Shown here piece by piece: positions 22,544-32,370 of a stretch of 64,000 bases of DNA. A model generated the notes under the pieces. That model was not told the DNA's origin, did no database searches, and saw nothing but the letters and a program-made list of their open reading frames with translations. The DNA lies in assembly GCA_977020255.1 (NCBI GenBank), contig CDROCS010000253.1, forward strand, positions 2,976,001 through 3,040,000, read 5' to 3'. A program made the position numbers and the translations under genes. Each line of letters begins with the position of its first letter. The stretch's first letter is position 1. Source of the DNA: Obrimoposthia wandeli. Taxonomy: Eukaryota.

Positions 22544-23590
22544 TTAACACTTAGACATGAGAAGTAATGTTAACTCTCTTGCCGATATCTCTTTACACCC
22601 AGAGCTATTTTGCCCACACCATAAGGGTGAAAAATCATCTGAATCTAGTTTTTCTGTGTGACCACGCAATTGTGTTATTTCAATTGAAGCATAAGGAAAT
22701 GCAGGCGCAAGCGAACTTATATAGCCTAACTCTTTCATTGCACGGTTTACGATTCCACGAGCAGGGCGACCTGAGAATATATTGGTAAGTGCTGTATGCT
22801 CAGATTTAGCACTCTTTATTGCAGAACGGTGTAGTCTAGACGTTTTTGCCTCCGAACACAGTAAATAGGCCGTGCCAATTTGTACTGCACTAGCACCAAG
22901 CGCTAAAGCTGTTTGCACATCTTGATTATCACTAATACCACCGGCAGCAATAACGGGAACGTTTACCTTATTGACTATTTGAGTAACGAGGGAAGACATC
23001 CTTATTTGAGTAGATATATCATCTGACAAAAACATACCTCTATGCCCACCAGCTTCTAAACCTTGCGCAACTATTCCATCGACACCATTGGACTCTAACC
23101 ACATTGCCTCTGTAACTGTTGTGGCAGAAGAAACGACTTTTGTTCCCCACTGTTTTATACGTGCAAGCAATTCTTTATTGGGCAGACCAAAATGAAAACT
23201 AATAAACTCAGGTTTAAATGGCTCAATAGCATCAGCAATATCATGATTGAATGGCATTCTACTTGCGCTATTGGTGCGGCTTTCTATTTTTACATCTAAC
23301 TCAGCAAAGTATGGTTTTAATTTTTCTTGCCATATCAATTGCCTATTTTCATCATAAGAGGGCATTTCATGGCAGAAAAAATTAAGATTATAAGGTTTAC
23401 TGGTAGCTTCTTTAATTAATCTAATTTCACTGGTTATCTGCTCAATACTGAGCATTCCACAAGGTAAAGAGCCTAAACCTCCAGCCTTACAGACCGCAAT
23501 AGCCAAAGCACTATCTTGAACGCCCGCCATGGGAGACTGAATAATAGGAAGTTCAGTCTCAAACAAATATTTCACATTTTTTTTGTACAT
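22544..23590 (-). CDS. Nitronate monooxygenase family flavin oxidoreductase
   Basis: PIIQSPMAG, QGLEAGGHRG, PVIAAGGI, VQIGTAYL. Confidence 0.9.
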   Translation of the reverse strand: MYKKNVKYLFETELPIIQSPMAGVQDSALAIAVCKAGGLGSLPCGMLSIEQITSEIRLIKEATSKPYNLNFFCHEMPSYDENRQLIWQEKLKPYFAELDVKIESRTNSASRMPFNHDIADAIEPFKPEFISFHFGLPNKELLARIKQWGTKVVSSATTVTEAMWLESNGVDGIVAQGLEAGGHRGMFLSDDISTQIRMSSLVTQIVNKVNVPVIAAGGISDNQDVQTALALGASAVQIGTAYLLCSEAKTSRLHRSAIKSAKSEHTALTNIFSGRPARGIVNRAMKELGYISSLAPAFPYASIEITQLRGHTEKLDSDDFSPLWCGQNSSGCKEISARELTLLLMSKC

Positions 23591-23636
23591 GAATGTCCCC
23601 GTTAGTATTGAAACGCTTGTCAGTTTAATATTTTTG

Positions 23637-24062
23637 TTATAACTCTTTTATCATGCAGTATGTTGTATGACCTTTGGGATAGTCCGGCAATTCTCCAAAT
23701 ACGTTGAAACCCAATTTTTCATAAAAAGGTTTAGCTTGAAAGCTCAATGTTTCGGTACGGATATAATTAAAACCGTTTTCTTTTGCAAACTTTTCGGCTG
23801 CATTCATTAATTTGCTACCGACACCTAAACCTCTGCTATCTTTAGATAACCAAAGTAATTCGATAATACAATAATTCCAAAAGGCATTAGCTCTTATCCC
23901 TCCGAGTATTTTTCCGCTGTCATCTTTGGCAAAAACAGCAAATTTTGTATCTTTTTCAAATCCAACGTTATCAGGTAAGTAAGCTTGATTAAAGGAGCCA
24001 ATACCCTCGCTTAAAATTTTCAAATCATCTTTACTGGGGGATGTCGTTACTACAATATTCAT
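23637..24062 (-). CDS. GNAT acetyltransferase (paralog of 41387-41817)
   Basis: LWLSKDSRGLGVGSKLM...FQAKPFYEKLG. Confidence 0.9.
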   Translation of the reverse strand: MNIVVTTSPSKDDLKILSEGIGSFNQAYLPDNVGFEKDTKFAVFAKDDSGKILGGIRANAFWNYCIIELLWLSKDSRGLGVGSKLMNAAEKFAKENGFNYIRTETLSFQAKPFYEKLGFNVFGELPDYPKGHTTYCMIKEL

Positions 24063-24121
24063 ACTACTTCCGGTAGGCAGGTGAGAGTTAATGCCCCAAT
24101 AAGAGGCTAATCTTCGTTATC

Positions 24122-25213
24122 TTACTTAGATTCTAATAATTCACGTAATGATGTTGGTAATATATTTCGAGCTTTACTTGTAATACTTTGTTCATGTTTT
24201 TGCCAAAGAATACCTAGATAAATAACAAATAATCCAAGCAGCGTTAATGTGATGGGGAATAGCCAACTGTCTTTAAATAAATCGGATGCGAGATGACCAA
24301 TATAACCAGTACAGCCTATAGCGCCGAAAACAACAAAAACTCTTCGAACAAGTAATACACCAAAAGCGATCATGAGTAGATTTATACTGAAGTAAATAAA
24401 TTTAGATAATTCACTATCAGAATATTGAAAGGACATTCCACCCCAAAAAGCGACTACACCAAATAAATAGATCCAAAATGCATAATCAGCGTTGTTCCAA
24501 GATCTAATATCAAGCCAAAAGGCCAACGAAATCATGAGTAATCCGCTGTACATAGACACTAATGTTCTCAGCTCCCAATTATATTCGTCGGCAGAAATCA
24601 TTACTGCAATGTCCATTGTTAAATACCAGAGCGTCACAGCAATGGGCATTATTAAGAATGGATATTTGTATTTCCAAGCGATAATAACTCCTACGGCTAA
24701 AGTACTTAGCTCCATATATAACCAATGCCATTTGATATATCGATGGTAATCTCGGTAAACACTTTCATCAGGCCAAACGCCTAAAGCCTGTTGTGCTCCA
24801 TAAACAGCTAATGGCGTTAGAGCAATAACAAATGTTCCACATATTCCTGCAGGTATAGCTAAACCCTTAGCTTTAAATATATTGGTTAGTTTAAGCCCTA
24901 CAGCGCCATAAAATAATGCAATAAAAACAATCCCGACACCACCAAAAGACTCCCATCCTAAATTCATAAAAATAGTCATTGCACCTATCGCAATCATACC
25001 TCCCAAATAATAAAGAACATGAGTGAAATCAAACTTAGGCCCTGCATTGGGCTGAGTTTTAAAAAAGTGAATGAGTTTCTCAGACTGTTCAAAGGAAATA
25101 ATATTCTGCTTTACCGCATCTTCAATGTTCTTTTTAGTAAAGTTCAACCTAGACTCCTTTTTATGATGTGTGGCGAAATGAAACGCAGACGACTGTTGCG
25201 TGTTCTTATCCAT
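24122..25213 (-). CDS. Multi-TM membrane protein (DUF2157-like)
   Basis: N-terminal IIS-EQ and LYYLGGMIAIGA followed by many TM helices. Confidence 0.7.
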   Translation of the reverse strand: MDKNTQQSSAFHFATHHKKESRLNFTKKNIEDAVKQNIISFEQSEKLIHFFKTQPNAGPKFDFTHVLYYLGGMIAIGAMTIFMNLGWESFGGVGIVFIALFYGAVGLKLTNIFKAKGLAIPAGICGTFVIALTPLAVYGAQQALGVWPDESVYRDYHRYIKWHWLYMELSTLAVGVIIAWKYKYPFLIMPIAVTLWYLTMDIAVMISADEYNWELRTLVSMYSGLLMISLAFWLDIRSWNNADYAFWIYLFGVVAFWGGMSFQYSDSELSKFIYFSINLLMIAFGVLLVRRVFVVFGAIGCTGYIGHLASDLFKDSWLFPITLTLLGLFVIYLGILWQKHEQSITSKARNILPTSLRELLESK

Positions 25214-25461
25214 AGCTATTTCAGCGAAAAAACAGTGACCAAAAAATAAACTTTATAACGCATAAGTTACCACAATAAATAATGGAAACAAGTGTAAAAT
25301 CATTAAATTAGCAGGCTAAGTTAGAAAGAGTAATCATTCAAATAAGTGGCGATATATAACGCCTTACTGAATGATTTAAGATAGTAGCCTCAAATAGTAT
25401 AACCATGACTAATGGTTAATTTTATGTTTAATAAACTTGCCTTGTACCTGGCAAGGTTGAC

Positions 25462-25505
25462 TTAAGTGCAAATATAGTTACCATGGTAACTATATTTGCA
25501 CTTAA
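25462..25505. promoter_or_regulatory. Perfect 44-bp palindrome upstream of the ABM-marR operon (likely operator)
   Basis: TTAAGTGCAAATATAGTTACCATGGTAACTATATTTGCACTTAA equals its own reverse complement. Confidence 0.7.
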
Positions 25506-25515
25506 AGGATATATT

Positions 25516-25806
25516 ATGAATGAGCACACGTTTATTTTTGCCAAGGTAAGTCCGAAACCTGAATACTTTGACGTTTCAAAAGAAGCAATTAAGAACATTA
25601 TTTCACAAACTCGAAATGAATCTGGGTGCTTAGACTTTGTACTCCATGAAGATGGTGCAGGTAGTTTGTTCTTATACGAAGAGTGGGTTGATGACAAAGC
25701 CTTAGAACATCACCATGAAATGGAGTATACAAAAGCTGTTTTTGAAGCTTATACCGACTGGTTAGCGACTCCCCCGGAAATAACTAAGCTTATTAAACTA
25801 GCGTAA
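25516..25806 (+). CDS. Putative quinol monooxygenase (ABM domain)
   Basis: TRNESGCLDF-LH, LYEEW-D-ALE-H; RBS AAGGA. Confidence 0.88.
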   Translation: MNEHTFIFAKVSPKPEYFDVSKEAIKNIISQTRNESGCLDFVLHEDGAGSLFLYEEWVDDKALEHHHEMEYTKAVFEAYTDWLATPPEITKLIKLA

Positions 25807-25815
25807 AGGTAAAAT

Positions 25816-26247
25816 ATGTTTTTTCTAACAGAACTTCCAACTAAAGCTATGCTTGATAAGTACACAAGCGATTTATCAAGTCATGAGAAAAACTCGATAA
25901 CTGAAGCCCTTAGCATAATGCGCAAAGCAAGTCTGTTAGTTAGGAATATAGAAACCTATTTTTCTGCTAATGATCTTTCACAATTAAGATTCTTAATACT
26001 TATTGTTATTGACCGTGAGCCAGATAGAACTAGCCTCTATGCACATGAAATAGCATCGCGTTTAGACGTATCACGGCCAGTATTGACCCGAACATTAAAA
26101 AGGTTAATTGAAGATGGCTTACTAACGTCGAGCCATGATGAAATAGATAAAAGAGCAAAGAAAATAGCATTGACTGAAGAAGGGATGACCTGCTTATCAG
26201 AGGTTCTTCCTGGATACTTTAATGAAATTAATAAGTTAATGGATTAA
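25816..26247 (+). CDS. MarR family transcriptional regulator
   Basis: LSQLRF-IL, EIASRLDVSRP-LTR-L-RL, DKRAK-I-LT-EG. Confidence 0.9.
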   Translation: MFFLTELPTKAMLDKYTSDLSSHEKNSITEALSIMRKASLLVRNIETYFSANDLSQLRFLILIVIDREPDRTSLYAHEIASRLDVSRPVLTRTLKRLIEDGLLTSSHDEIDKRAKKIALTEEGMTCLSEVLPGYFNEINKLMD

Positions 26248-26651
26248 ATATGAAAAAATATATTGAGAATAACTTTCACTTGGCTATGCGCTTATTCTAC
26301 TATTAACTATTAGAGTTTAAATTGCCCCTATGGCAACAAACTTTAGCATTAACAATAACCTTGGTTCCGCTGATGGTTTTAATCATAGCTCCGAAAGTGA
26401 GTGTTGTGATAGAAGGTGTCGCGAAGCGAAACTGGGAAAACTGTTAGCAGTTCCACTTTATATTCTTACTATGTCTAAGTTGTAGATACGCGACTATAAA
26501 AAGCTAAGCAGTAATAATTAATAAAAAAGCTGATTGCTACAGGATAAGAGCGTCACATATTGCTAAAGCTATTATGACGTTCCGCTATTCCAGCGGGAAC
26601 TTAACTCTTGCACCAATCATCCTTAATTTTTAGTCCAGCTTGATTGGTTTG

Positions 26652-26984
26652 TTATATGCCATAGTTAGCATCTACAAGCTCACCCAGTGTAAACTCTGAA
26701 ACGATATTTTGGTCTTTCAACCAATTAGAGATACTTGATATATCAGACTCAGTGACTGAACCATAACGTTCATGAGAAGAAATAAACCCTGCAAATGAAG
26801 CCAGATCCCCACCACCGCCAATACACAAGTTTAGCGTGTCGACATAAGTAAAAAAGTCATCCATAATTGTTGCTAATTCAGACTCCTCCTTACAAGTTAA
26901 ATTACAATCTAATTCAACTCCCATTACAGCAAATTCATCTAAATAAAGCTTTTTTCTTAATCTACGAGATTTTCGAGCGTGCAT
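26652..26984 (-). CDS. yggL: YggL (DUF469) family protein
   Basis: SRRLRKKLYLDEF motif; stop abuts GTTATAT R'' box; start taken at MHARK. Confidence 0.8.
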   Translation of the reverse strand: MHARKSRRLRKKLYLDEFAVMGVELDCNLTCKEESELATIMDDFFTYVDTLNLCIGGGGDLASFAGFISSHERYGSVTESDISSISNWLKDQNIVSEFTLGELVDANYGI

Positions 26985-26993
26985 AATTTTTCC

Positions 26994-27060
26994 TTGGCTA
27001 AAATATTGAGGGACGAAAACAGCCAATTGAGTTTTGTCCTGCTTTAAAAGCTTGTATGGA
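26994..27060 (-). repeat. Truncated attC
   Basis: ttggctaaaatattgagggacgaaaacagccaa...ttttgtcc...agcttgt; R'-L' arm missing. Confidence 0.7.
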
Positions 27061-27159
27061 TAATACATCCATCTTTTTTATTCTTTTCAAACCCGTTTAG
27101 GTAAAGTGAGGCCCAAGATTTTGCTGTAACCAAAGCCTTTTATACAGTAGTTCGACTTA

Positions 27160-27348
27160 ACGTAGGCTCCTCTATTGAGAGACCAGTAACAAGAACGAAT
27201 GCCGTATAAAACGCCAAGTACTAAACTCTGATAGCCAACTGGGCCTCGAGCCCGAATAGCAAGGCGGGGTAAGCTTATTATGAATACACTAAATAATCAA
27301 AATGAAATTAACATCGGTGTCGATACAGGTAAAAATCCACTCGACATT
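27160..27348 (+). mobile_element. IS110-family remnant (non-coding left end + first ~23 codons of transposase)
   Basis: ATG 27280 gives MNTLNNQNEINIGVDTGKNPLDI, resembling the IS110 RuvC-like N-terminal GVD motif. Confidence 0.55.
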
Positions 27349-27874
27349 ATATCGCTGGTGAACACAGTCCATAAAGATAGTCATCAATATATTTACCATT
27401 AAGGATTGAGTTTTGTTTTAAACACCCCTCCCGTATAAAACCTGCCTTTTCAAGTACTTTATATGAACCAATATTATTTGATGAACATGATGCAACTAGT
27501 TTATTTAAATTAAGAGTTGTGAATGCGTAGTTCTTTATAAGCATCAACGCCTCTGAAGCAATGCCTTTACCTTGTGCTTCAGTTTTAAGTAAATAACCCA
27601 CCTCAGCTATATTTGCTTGATGGTTAGTAATCTTTAAACCAATGCTTCCAAGTTTATTACCTGAATTTATTTCATCAATAGCTAAACATAACCATTGGTC
27701 TGATTTATAACTCCATGGTTGAACACGTTCTTCAAACCTTTCCTTAGTTTCTTCTAGAGAAAATGGTTCGTAAACATGTTCCATAATTTGTGGGCAAGTA
27801 TTAAGTATTTTAAATAACTCCCAATCAGACTTATCTAGGAGACGAAGATTGATTTTAATGCCCGATATTTTCAT
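27347..27874 (-). CDS. GNAT N-acetyltransferase (RimJ/RimL-like)
   Basis: AEVGYLL-QGKGIASEAL, NIGSYKVLEKAGF-REG. Confidence 0.9.
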   Translation of the reverse strand: MKISGIKINLRLLDKSDWELFKILNTCPQIMEHVYEPFSLEETKERFEERVQPWSYKSDQWLCLAIDEINSGNKLGSIGLKITNHQANIAEVGYLLKTEAQGKGIASEALMLIKNYAFTTLNLNKLVASCSSNNIGSYKVLEKAGFIREGCLKQNSILNGKYIDDYLYGLCSPAI

Positions 27875-28078
27875 AAAAATTCCTTAGCCTTTATTAGATG
27901 TGGGGTAATGTCACAACATGCCGTTTACTATAAAATGCGCGGTCAAGCTGTTAGCAGATCAAGTCCCGTTTTAAATTCTTGTTGAACGAAGCCGCTCTGC
28001 GGCAGAGTAGATTTAAAACAACCTTCCATACTCAATAACAGCATTGTCACTTCGATGATGCGTTATTGGAGTATACCC

Positions 28079-28966
28079 ATGAATACATCACAAGCACAAC
28101 ATTACAATTATCTTTATGAACAACACCTTATCAACCTATCCTTACAAGGTAAACGTCCTTCAACAATTGATGCTTACGCCCGTGCGGTTCGCCGTATAAC
28201 TGCCTTTTTTGATAAAGCACCTGATACCTTAACCACCGCTGACTTAAAACAATATTTCAACAGCCTCATTCAAACACATTCTTGGAGCACCATTAAGCTT
28301 GACCGTAATGGTTTACAGTTCTTTTACCGCTACACTCTCGATAAACAATGGGAGTGGCTCTCTATCGTTAAACCACCACAAGTAAAGCGCATCCCTGATA
28401 TTTTAACGGTCAAGCAAGTCAGTGATGTGATCAATCAAACCAAGCAACTTCGCTATCAAGTATTTTTTATAACGCTTTATTCTCTGGGACTGCGCTTAAG
28501 TGAAGGACTTAATTTAACCATACATGATATCGATAAATCGACAATGCTGGTACATGTTCGTGATGGTAAAGGAGGAAAAGACCGCATGGTGCCTCTGCCT
28601 GAGCAGACTCTGTTAGCGCTGAGGAATTATTGGAAAATACATCGCCACGCCCGTTTGATTTTTCCTGGCCTTCAGGTAAATACGAAAAACCATATGGATA
28701 AAGGCGGTGTTCAAAAAGCCTTAAAAAAGGTACTGCATGATTGTCGAATTAAAAAATTCATCAGCCCACATTCTCTTCGTCATTGTTATGCTACCCACCT
28801 GCTTGAACAAGGGCTTGATTTGCGTTCTTTGCAGCAATTACTTGGACACGCCAGTCTCAACACCACTGCACGTTACACACAGCTCACAAAAGTGAAACAA
28901 CGTGATATGTCACGCGCTGTAAACAAATTAACCGATAAACTCGACATTATATGGTCTATAAAATGA
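28079..28966 (+). CDS. Tyrosine recombinase (phage integrase family, N-terminal SAM-like domain), intact
   Basis: LGLRLSE (R), GKGGKDR (K), HSLRH, LGH, TARY catalytic set; no IntI-specific insertion. Confidence 0.93.
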   Translation: MNTSQAQHYNYLYEQHLINLSLQGKRPSTIDAYARAVRRITAFFDKAPDTLTTADLKQYFNSLIQTHSWSTIKLDRNGLQFFYRYTLDKQWEWLSIVKPPQVKRIPDILTVKQVSDVINQTKQLRYQVFFITLYSLGLRLSEGLNLTIHDIDKSTMLVHVRDGKGGKDRMVPLPEQTLLALRNYWKIHRHARLIFPGLQVNTKNHMDKGGVQKALKKVLHDCRIKKFISPHSLRHCYATHLLEQGLDLRSLQQLLGHASLNTTARYTQLTKVKQRDMSRAVNKLTDKLDIIWSIK

Positions 28967-30028
28967 GTACCTTTATTGAGTTACTTCGTCAACATCACCA
29001 AGCCCTTGAAATTCAGTATAGCGTGAAATTAACACCTGACATGCGTAAAGCGATTTATGCCATGCTTATGTGCAAAACACCACAGCAACGCCAATCACTT
29101 TGGGCTTGTGACCATTGCGAGCATCATGACCGTATGCCACTTTCTTGTGGCCATAGAAACTGCCCGCAGTGCCAACAAAACACAACATCACAATGGCTCG
29201 CTAGACAAAAAGCAAAACGCTTACCTGTTGAGTATTTCATGGCGACTTTTACCTTACCCTTTGAGTTAAGGCCTTTAGCTAAAAGCCGTCCTAAAGCATT
29301 ATATCAATTGATGTTTTCAGTCACATCTTCAATATTGAAAGACTTTGCCACACGCCAAGGCTTAGGCGACATTGGCTTTACCTCGGTACTACATACCCAC
29401 AGCAGAAGGCGTGAACTACATCCCCATTTACATATTATTGTGCCAAATGGCGGTTACGACTCTAAACGAAAACAATGGCGTAAAGGCAAGAAAGGCTATT
29501 TGTTTAACGAGTTCGCACTCGCTAAAGTCTGGAGAGCACGCGTGTTTGAAGCTATAAAAAAACATCCTGAGCTGTCACTGACTACTATCAAAAAACTGCC
29601 AACAAAATGGGTGGTCGATTGCAAAAAAATAGGTCATGGCTTACCGGCGTTAAAATATCTGTCTCGGTATTTATATCGTGGGGTATTGCCCGATAAAGAC
29701 ATTATTCATTATGACCAACACAACGTCACCTTTCGTTATAAAGACAGTGCAAATTCCAAACAAAAATAACACCCCCGTACGTTGCCAACACTCAAATTCT
29801 ACGCTGATACTGCAACATGTTTTGCCCAAAGGCTTGCAGCGGGTACGTGATTATGGGCTGTTATCCTCAGGCGCTAAAAAGCTTAGGTTAATAATTCAAT
29901 TGCTGTTATTACCCATTCACGACTGGCTTAAACCCAAAAAGGAAGAAACCACACCCACGCGGGCCACGAGAATATGCCCTTGCTGCAAGCATAAAATGCA
30001 TTGCACGGGAGTGACACGAACGCCCTAG
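28963..30028 (+). pseudogene. IS91-family HUH/Y2 transposase, frameshifted near 29755-29805
   Basis: CDHC/SCGHRNCPQC zinc finger, HPHLH, YLSRY; split into two ORFs relative to copy 2. Confidence 0.85.
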
Positions 30029-30244
30029 CCGAAAGGCGAATACAATAAGGATAATGGCTAAGGTAAGTAATTAATCTAGGGGGGAATAAAGAAAGGCAAC
30101 ATGGTTCGCTAAAACATAAACTGATGAAAAAGCATTGCCTTTTTGTCTAATCTCGTGTAATGTCTTAAGATTATCTGGCAATTGATAGCAAAGCCCCTTC
30201 AAGAAAGAAATCGCTATTTCCTATATAAAGCAGACATCGGGCTT

Positions 30245-30301
30245 GTCCAACACCCGAATAAGGTGTTTAGCCGCCGTTAGCCTATTCTTGGTTTGTTATG
30301 T
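30245..30301 (+). other. attC-like terminal hairpin carried by element copy 1
   Basis: GTCCAAC accc gaataagg...cctattc ttggttt GTT. Confidence 0.6.
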
Positions 30302-30542
30302 GCTTCTGGATTTATTGACCAAATACATGATTAGCTGACGCTAAAGGTTAACAAATCTATAAACCTGAAACAACCACAACCCGCCTAACTATCGCACCAA
30401 CTTTAATTTGAGCCAATGAATGAAAAACTAATAGATTTTTACTCAATACCAATGGCGAAAACTGGAAGGCAACAAATACAAATTTGATGATACACGCCTT
30501 ACTTTTAGCAAAAATCACCTAAGGAAGAAGGCGGCACATAAC
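30296..30542. other. Non-coding cassette, family A (copy 1)
   Basis: Complementary ends GTTATGTGC/GCACATAAC, no ORF of 60 aa or more, TTTGAGCC...GGCGAAAACTG motif. Confidence 0.75.
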
Positions 30543-30611
30543 CTTGGGTAAAAGTTGCTAAGGGCACGTTTGGAACAAACTGTACGTGTCAAATTATTGC
30601 CGTTGTTATGT
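30536..30611 (-). repeat. Degenerate, shortened attC
   Basis: ACATAAC...aaactgtacgtgtc...GTTATGT. Confidence 0.55.
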
Positions 30612-30639
30612 TACCACCACTGAAATTAAGGAAATATAT

Positions 30640-30864
30640 ATGAATGAATTTGATGAAGTATTACCAGTATTAACAAGTGACCAAGTTTTTGTTTGTGAAG
30701 ACGGTTGCGGGGATTGTAGAGCTATTGAGTTTGATTTTTGTTACAGCCGGTCTGAAAATACAAATACTGGAGAAGTTACAGAACTCACGCATAAAGCTTA
30801 CAAGTCTAGCTGTTGCGGTGCAAAAGTTAACGTTTGGGATGAGTCGATAGAAGACTTGGTTTAG
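30640..30864 (+). CDS. 74-aa Cys-rich protein, antisense to the array inside a cassette
   Basis: RBS AAGGA; CEDGCGDC...SSCCG; cassette ends GTTATGTTA/TAACATAAC. Confidence 0.7.
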   Translation: MNEFDEVLPVLTSDQVFVCEDGCGDCRAIEFDFCYSRSENTNTGEVTELTHKAYKSSCCGAKVNVWDESIEDLV

Positions 30865-30866
30865 TA

Positions 30867-30967
30867 ACATAACGCCCCATTAAGAGGCAAATAATTGTTG
30901 GCTAAAATAAGCGACGAAGGAGCAAATAGCCAACTGTTATTTGTCCTGCTTGAATGGCTTGTTATAT
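30867..30967 (-). repeat. attC
   Basis: ACATAAC gcccc attaagaggcaaa...gttggct...agccaact...tttgtcctgcttgaat ggctt GTTATAT. Confidence 0.92.
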
Positions 30968-30969
30968 TT

Positions 30970-31544
30970 TTATTTAAACCGGGAAGGATCAATTAATTTG
31001 ATTTCTGTCATTCGGTTGAAAATTTTTGAATACTTGTGCCATTCATCAGTTGGACTACCAGCAACAGTAATTCCGACAGAGTCTTTTTCATTATCCCAGA
31101 GCAGTGAATGTAAAATTGTGAAATTTATTGGAATACCATTCCTCATTTGCACTTGTGTCACTTCTATACATGTGCGAATAAAGTCCCCAATTCTATTTGT
31201 ACCACAACGTTTGATTAGAGCTGATGTTTTTATTATGTGTTCAATATATCCTTGAACATACTCTTCCGGCGTTAACTCTGTCCCCTTATATATCCCCATC
31301 ATAAATTGAATAGATAAACCTGTTTCATATCCATTAATTGGATCTTCTTTAGATATTATCCAATTTAGAGAATTAGCAGCCTTGTGCCTTTCCGCATAAA
31401 ACCAACTTTTGGGTTTTGGAACTTCGCCACCAGTAGGTTCTAAAATCTGTTTTACAAATTCGACTGGCTGGTTTTTTGTATTATTTTCTGTAGACGCGCA
31501 TGAATGACCAAACTAAATAAGTACATTAGTAAAAATATTTTCAT
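30970..31544 (-). pseudogene. Putative lipoprotein, one frameshift near the lipobox
   Basis: MKIFLLMYLFSLVI, then a shifted frame SCASTENN that runs in frame into ORF 30970-31302. Confidence 0.6.
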
Positions 31545-31575
31545 AATTTTAATTGACTCAATAGATAATTTAAAA

Positions 31576-31667
31576 ATATAACGCCTTGCTAAGGGGAAAA
31601 TTATGGTTGGCTATAATGCGCGAAGCGCAGCCAACTGTAATTTTTCCGTTTGAGCAACTTGTTATAT
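31576..31667 (-). repeat. attC
   Basis: ATATAAC...GTTATAT with gttggct/agccaac arms. Confidence 0.92.
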
Positions 31668-31895
31668 GCAACGCTGGTAAAACCAAGCTTTGCACGAATT
31701 TAAGAAGCCCGTAATATATAACCTAACCGTGAACTTTTACGCTACACGCGAAAGGTTGAACAAAATTAATAGCGTTGCCACCTTTGAAAAAGGTAAAAGA
31801 GGCAATGCTTATTAATGCTGACGCGAACCAGTTTTAGCGAAAAACTATTAACTAGAAAGCACTTTATTTAAAGCTAATTTTTAATAGCATATAAC
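31662..31895. other. Non-coding cassette, family B (copy 1)
   Basis: Bounded by GTTATATGC/GCATATAAC; 102-bp core identical to 38924-39025. Confidence 0.8.
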
Positions 31896-31985
31896 GCCCC
31901 AATAAGAGGCTAAAAATTGTTGGCTAAAATAGCGAGGCACGAGCACGGCCAACTGTTTTTAGTCCTTTTGATTGCCTTGTTAGTT
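31889..31985 (-). repeat. attC
   Basis: ATATAAC...GTTAGTT. Confidence 0.92.
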
Positions 31986-32276
31986 GCTTTGGACTTGGGG
32001 TGCCACAACAGAAGCTAATAAGTTACCATGCGTTTACTTTACAGTTTGACTCAAAAAGCATCTCCGCACTACACAATCAAACATGAATTTTGAGCCTTAA
32101 AAACTAAAGCTAATTGAATCATTAAACTGAGTAAGGCGAAAACTGGGGAGGGCAAAAAGGAAGATACTATTTGAAGGCACTTCCATTGCCAAACCAAAGA
32201 TTGAACCAAACGCAAAAAACTAAGTTAAGAACCAAACTAGCAAATAAATTTAACTAATTTAGAGCGGACAACTAAC
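31980..32276. other. Non-coding cassette, family A (copy 2)
   Basis: Ends GTTAGTTG/CAACTAAC; no ORF of 60 aa or more; shared motif. Confidence 0.78.
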
Positions 32277-32370
32277 GCCCTCGTTAATGGGCAAATGATA
32301 GTTGGTTAAAATAAGCGACGCAGGAGCAAAAACCAACTGTAATTTGTCCTGATTTAACAGCTTGTTATAT
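32270..32370 (-). repeat. attC
   Basis: AACTAAC...GTTATAT. Confidence 0.92.

Larger units (their letters stand above)
27982..30295 (+). mobile_element. IS91-like element with tyrosine recombinase, copy 1
   Basis: Recombinase + HUH transposase; similarity to 33079-35326 begins at G|TTGAAC and ends at tttG|TTA. Confidence 0.9.

Noticed and set aside
25428-25697. Minus-strand 89-aa ORF
   Set aside because: Shadow of the ABM gene, made possible by the palindrome.
26250-26447. Possible small membrane gene after marR
   Set aside because: Needs at least two frameshifts to read through; too degraded to call.
28079-28966. This recombinase as the integron integrase
   Set aside because: It lacks the IntI-specific insertion and is coupled to an IS91 transposase; the real intI is 42441-43200.
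31866-31890. Minus-strand MLLKISF(K/R) mini-ORF at the start of both family B cassettes
   Set aside because: Only 8 codons with no RBS; its conservation is explained by overall cassette similarity.
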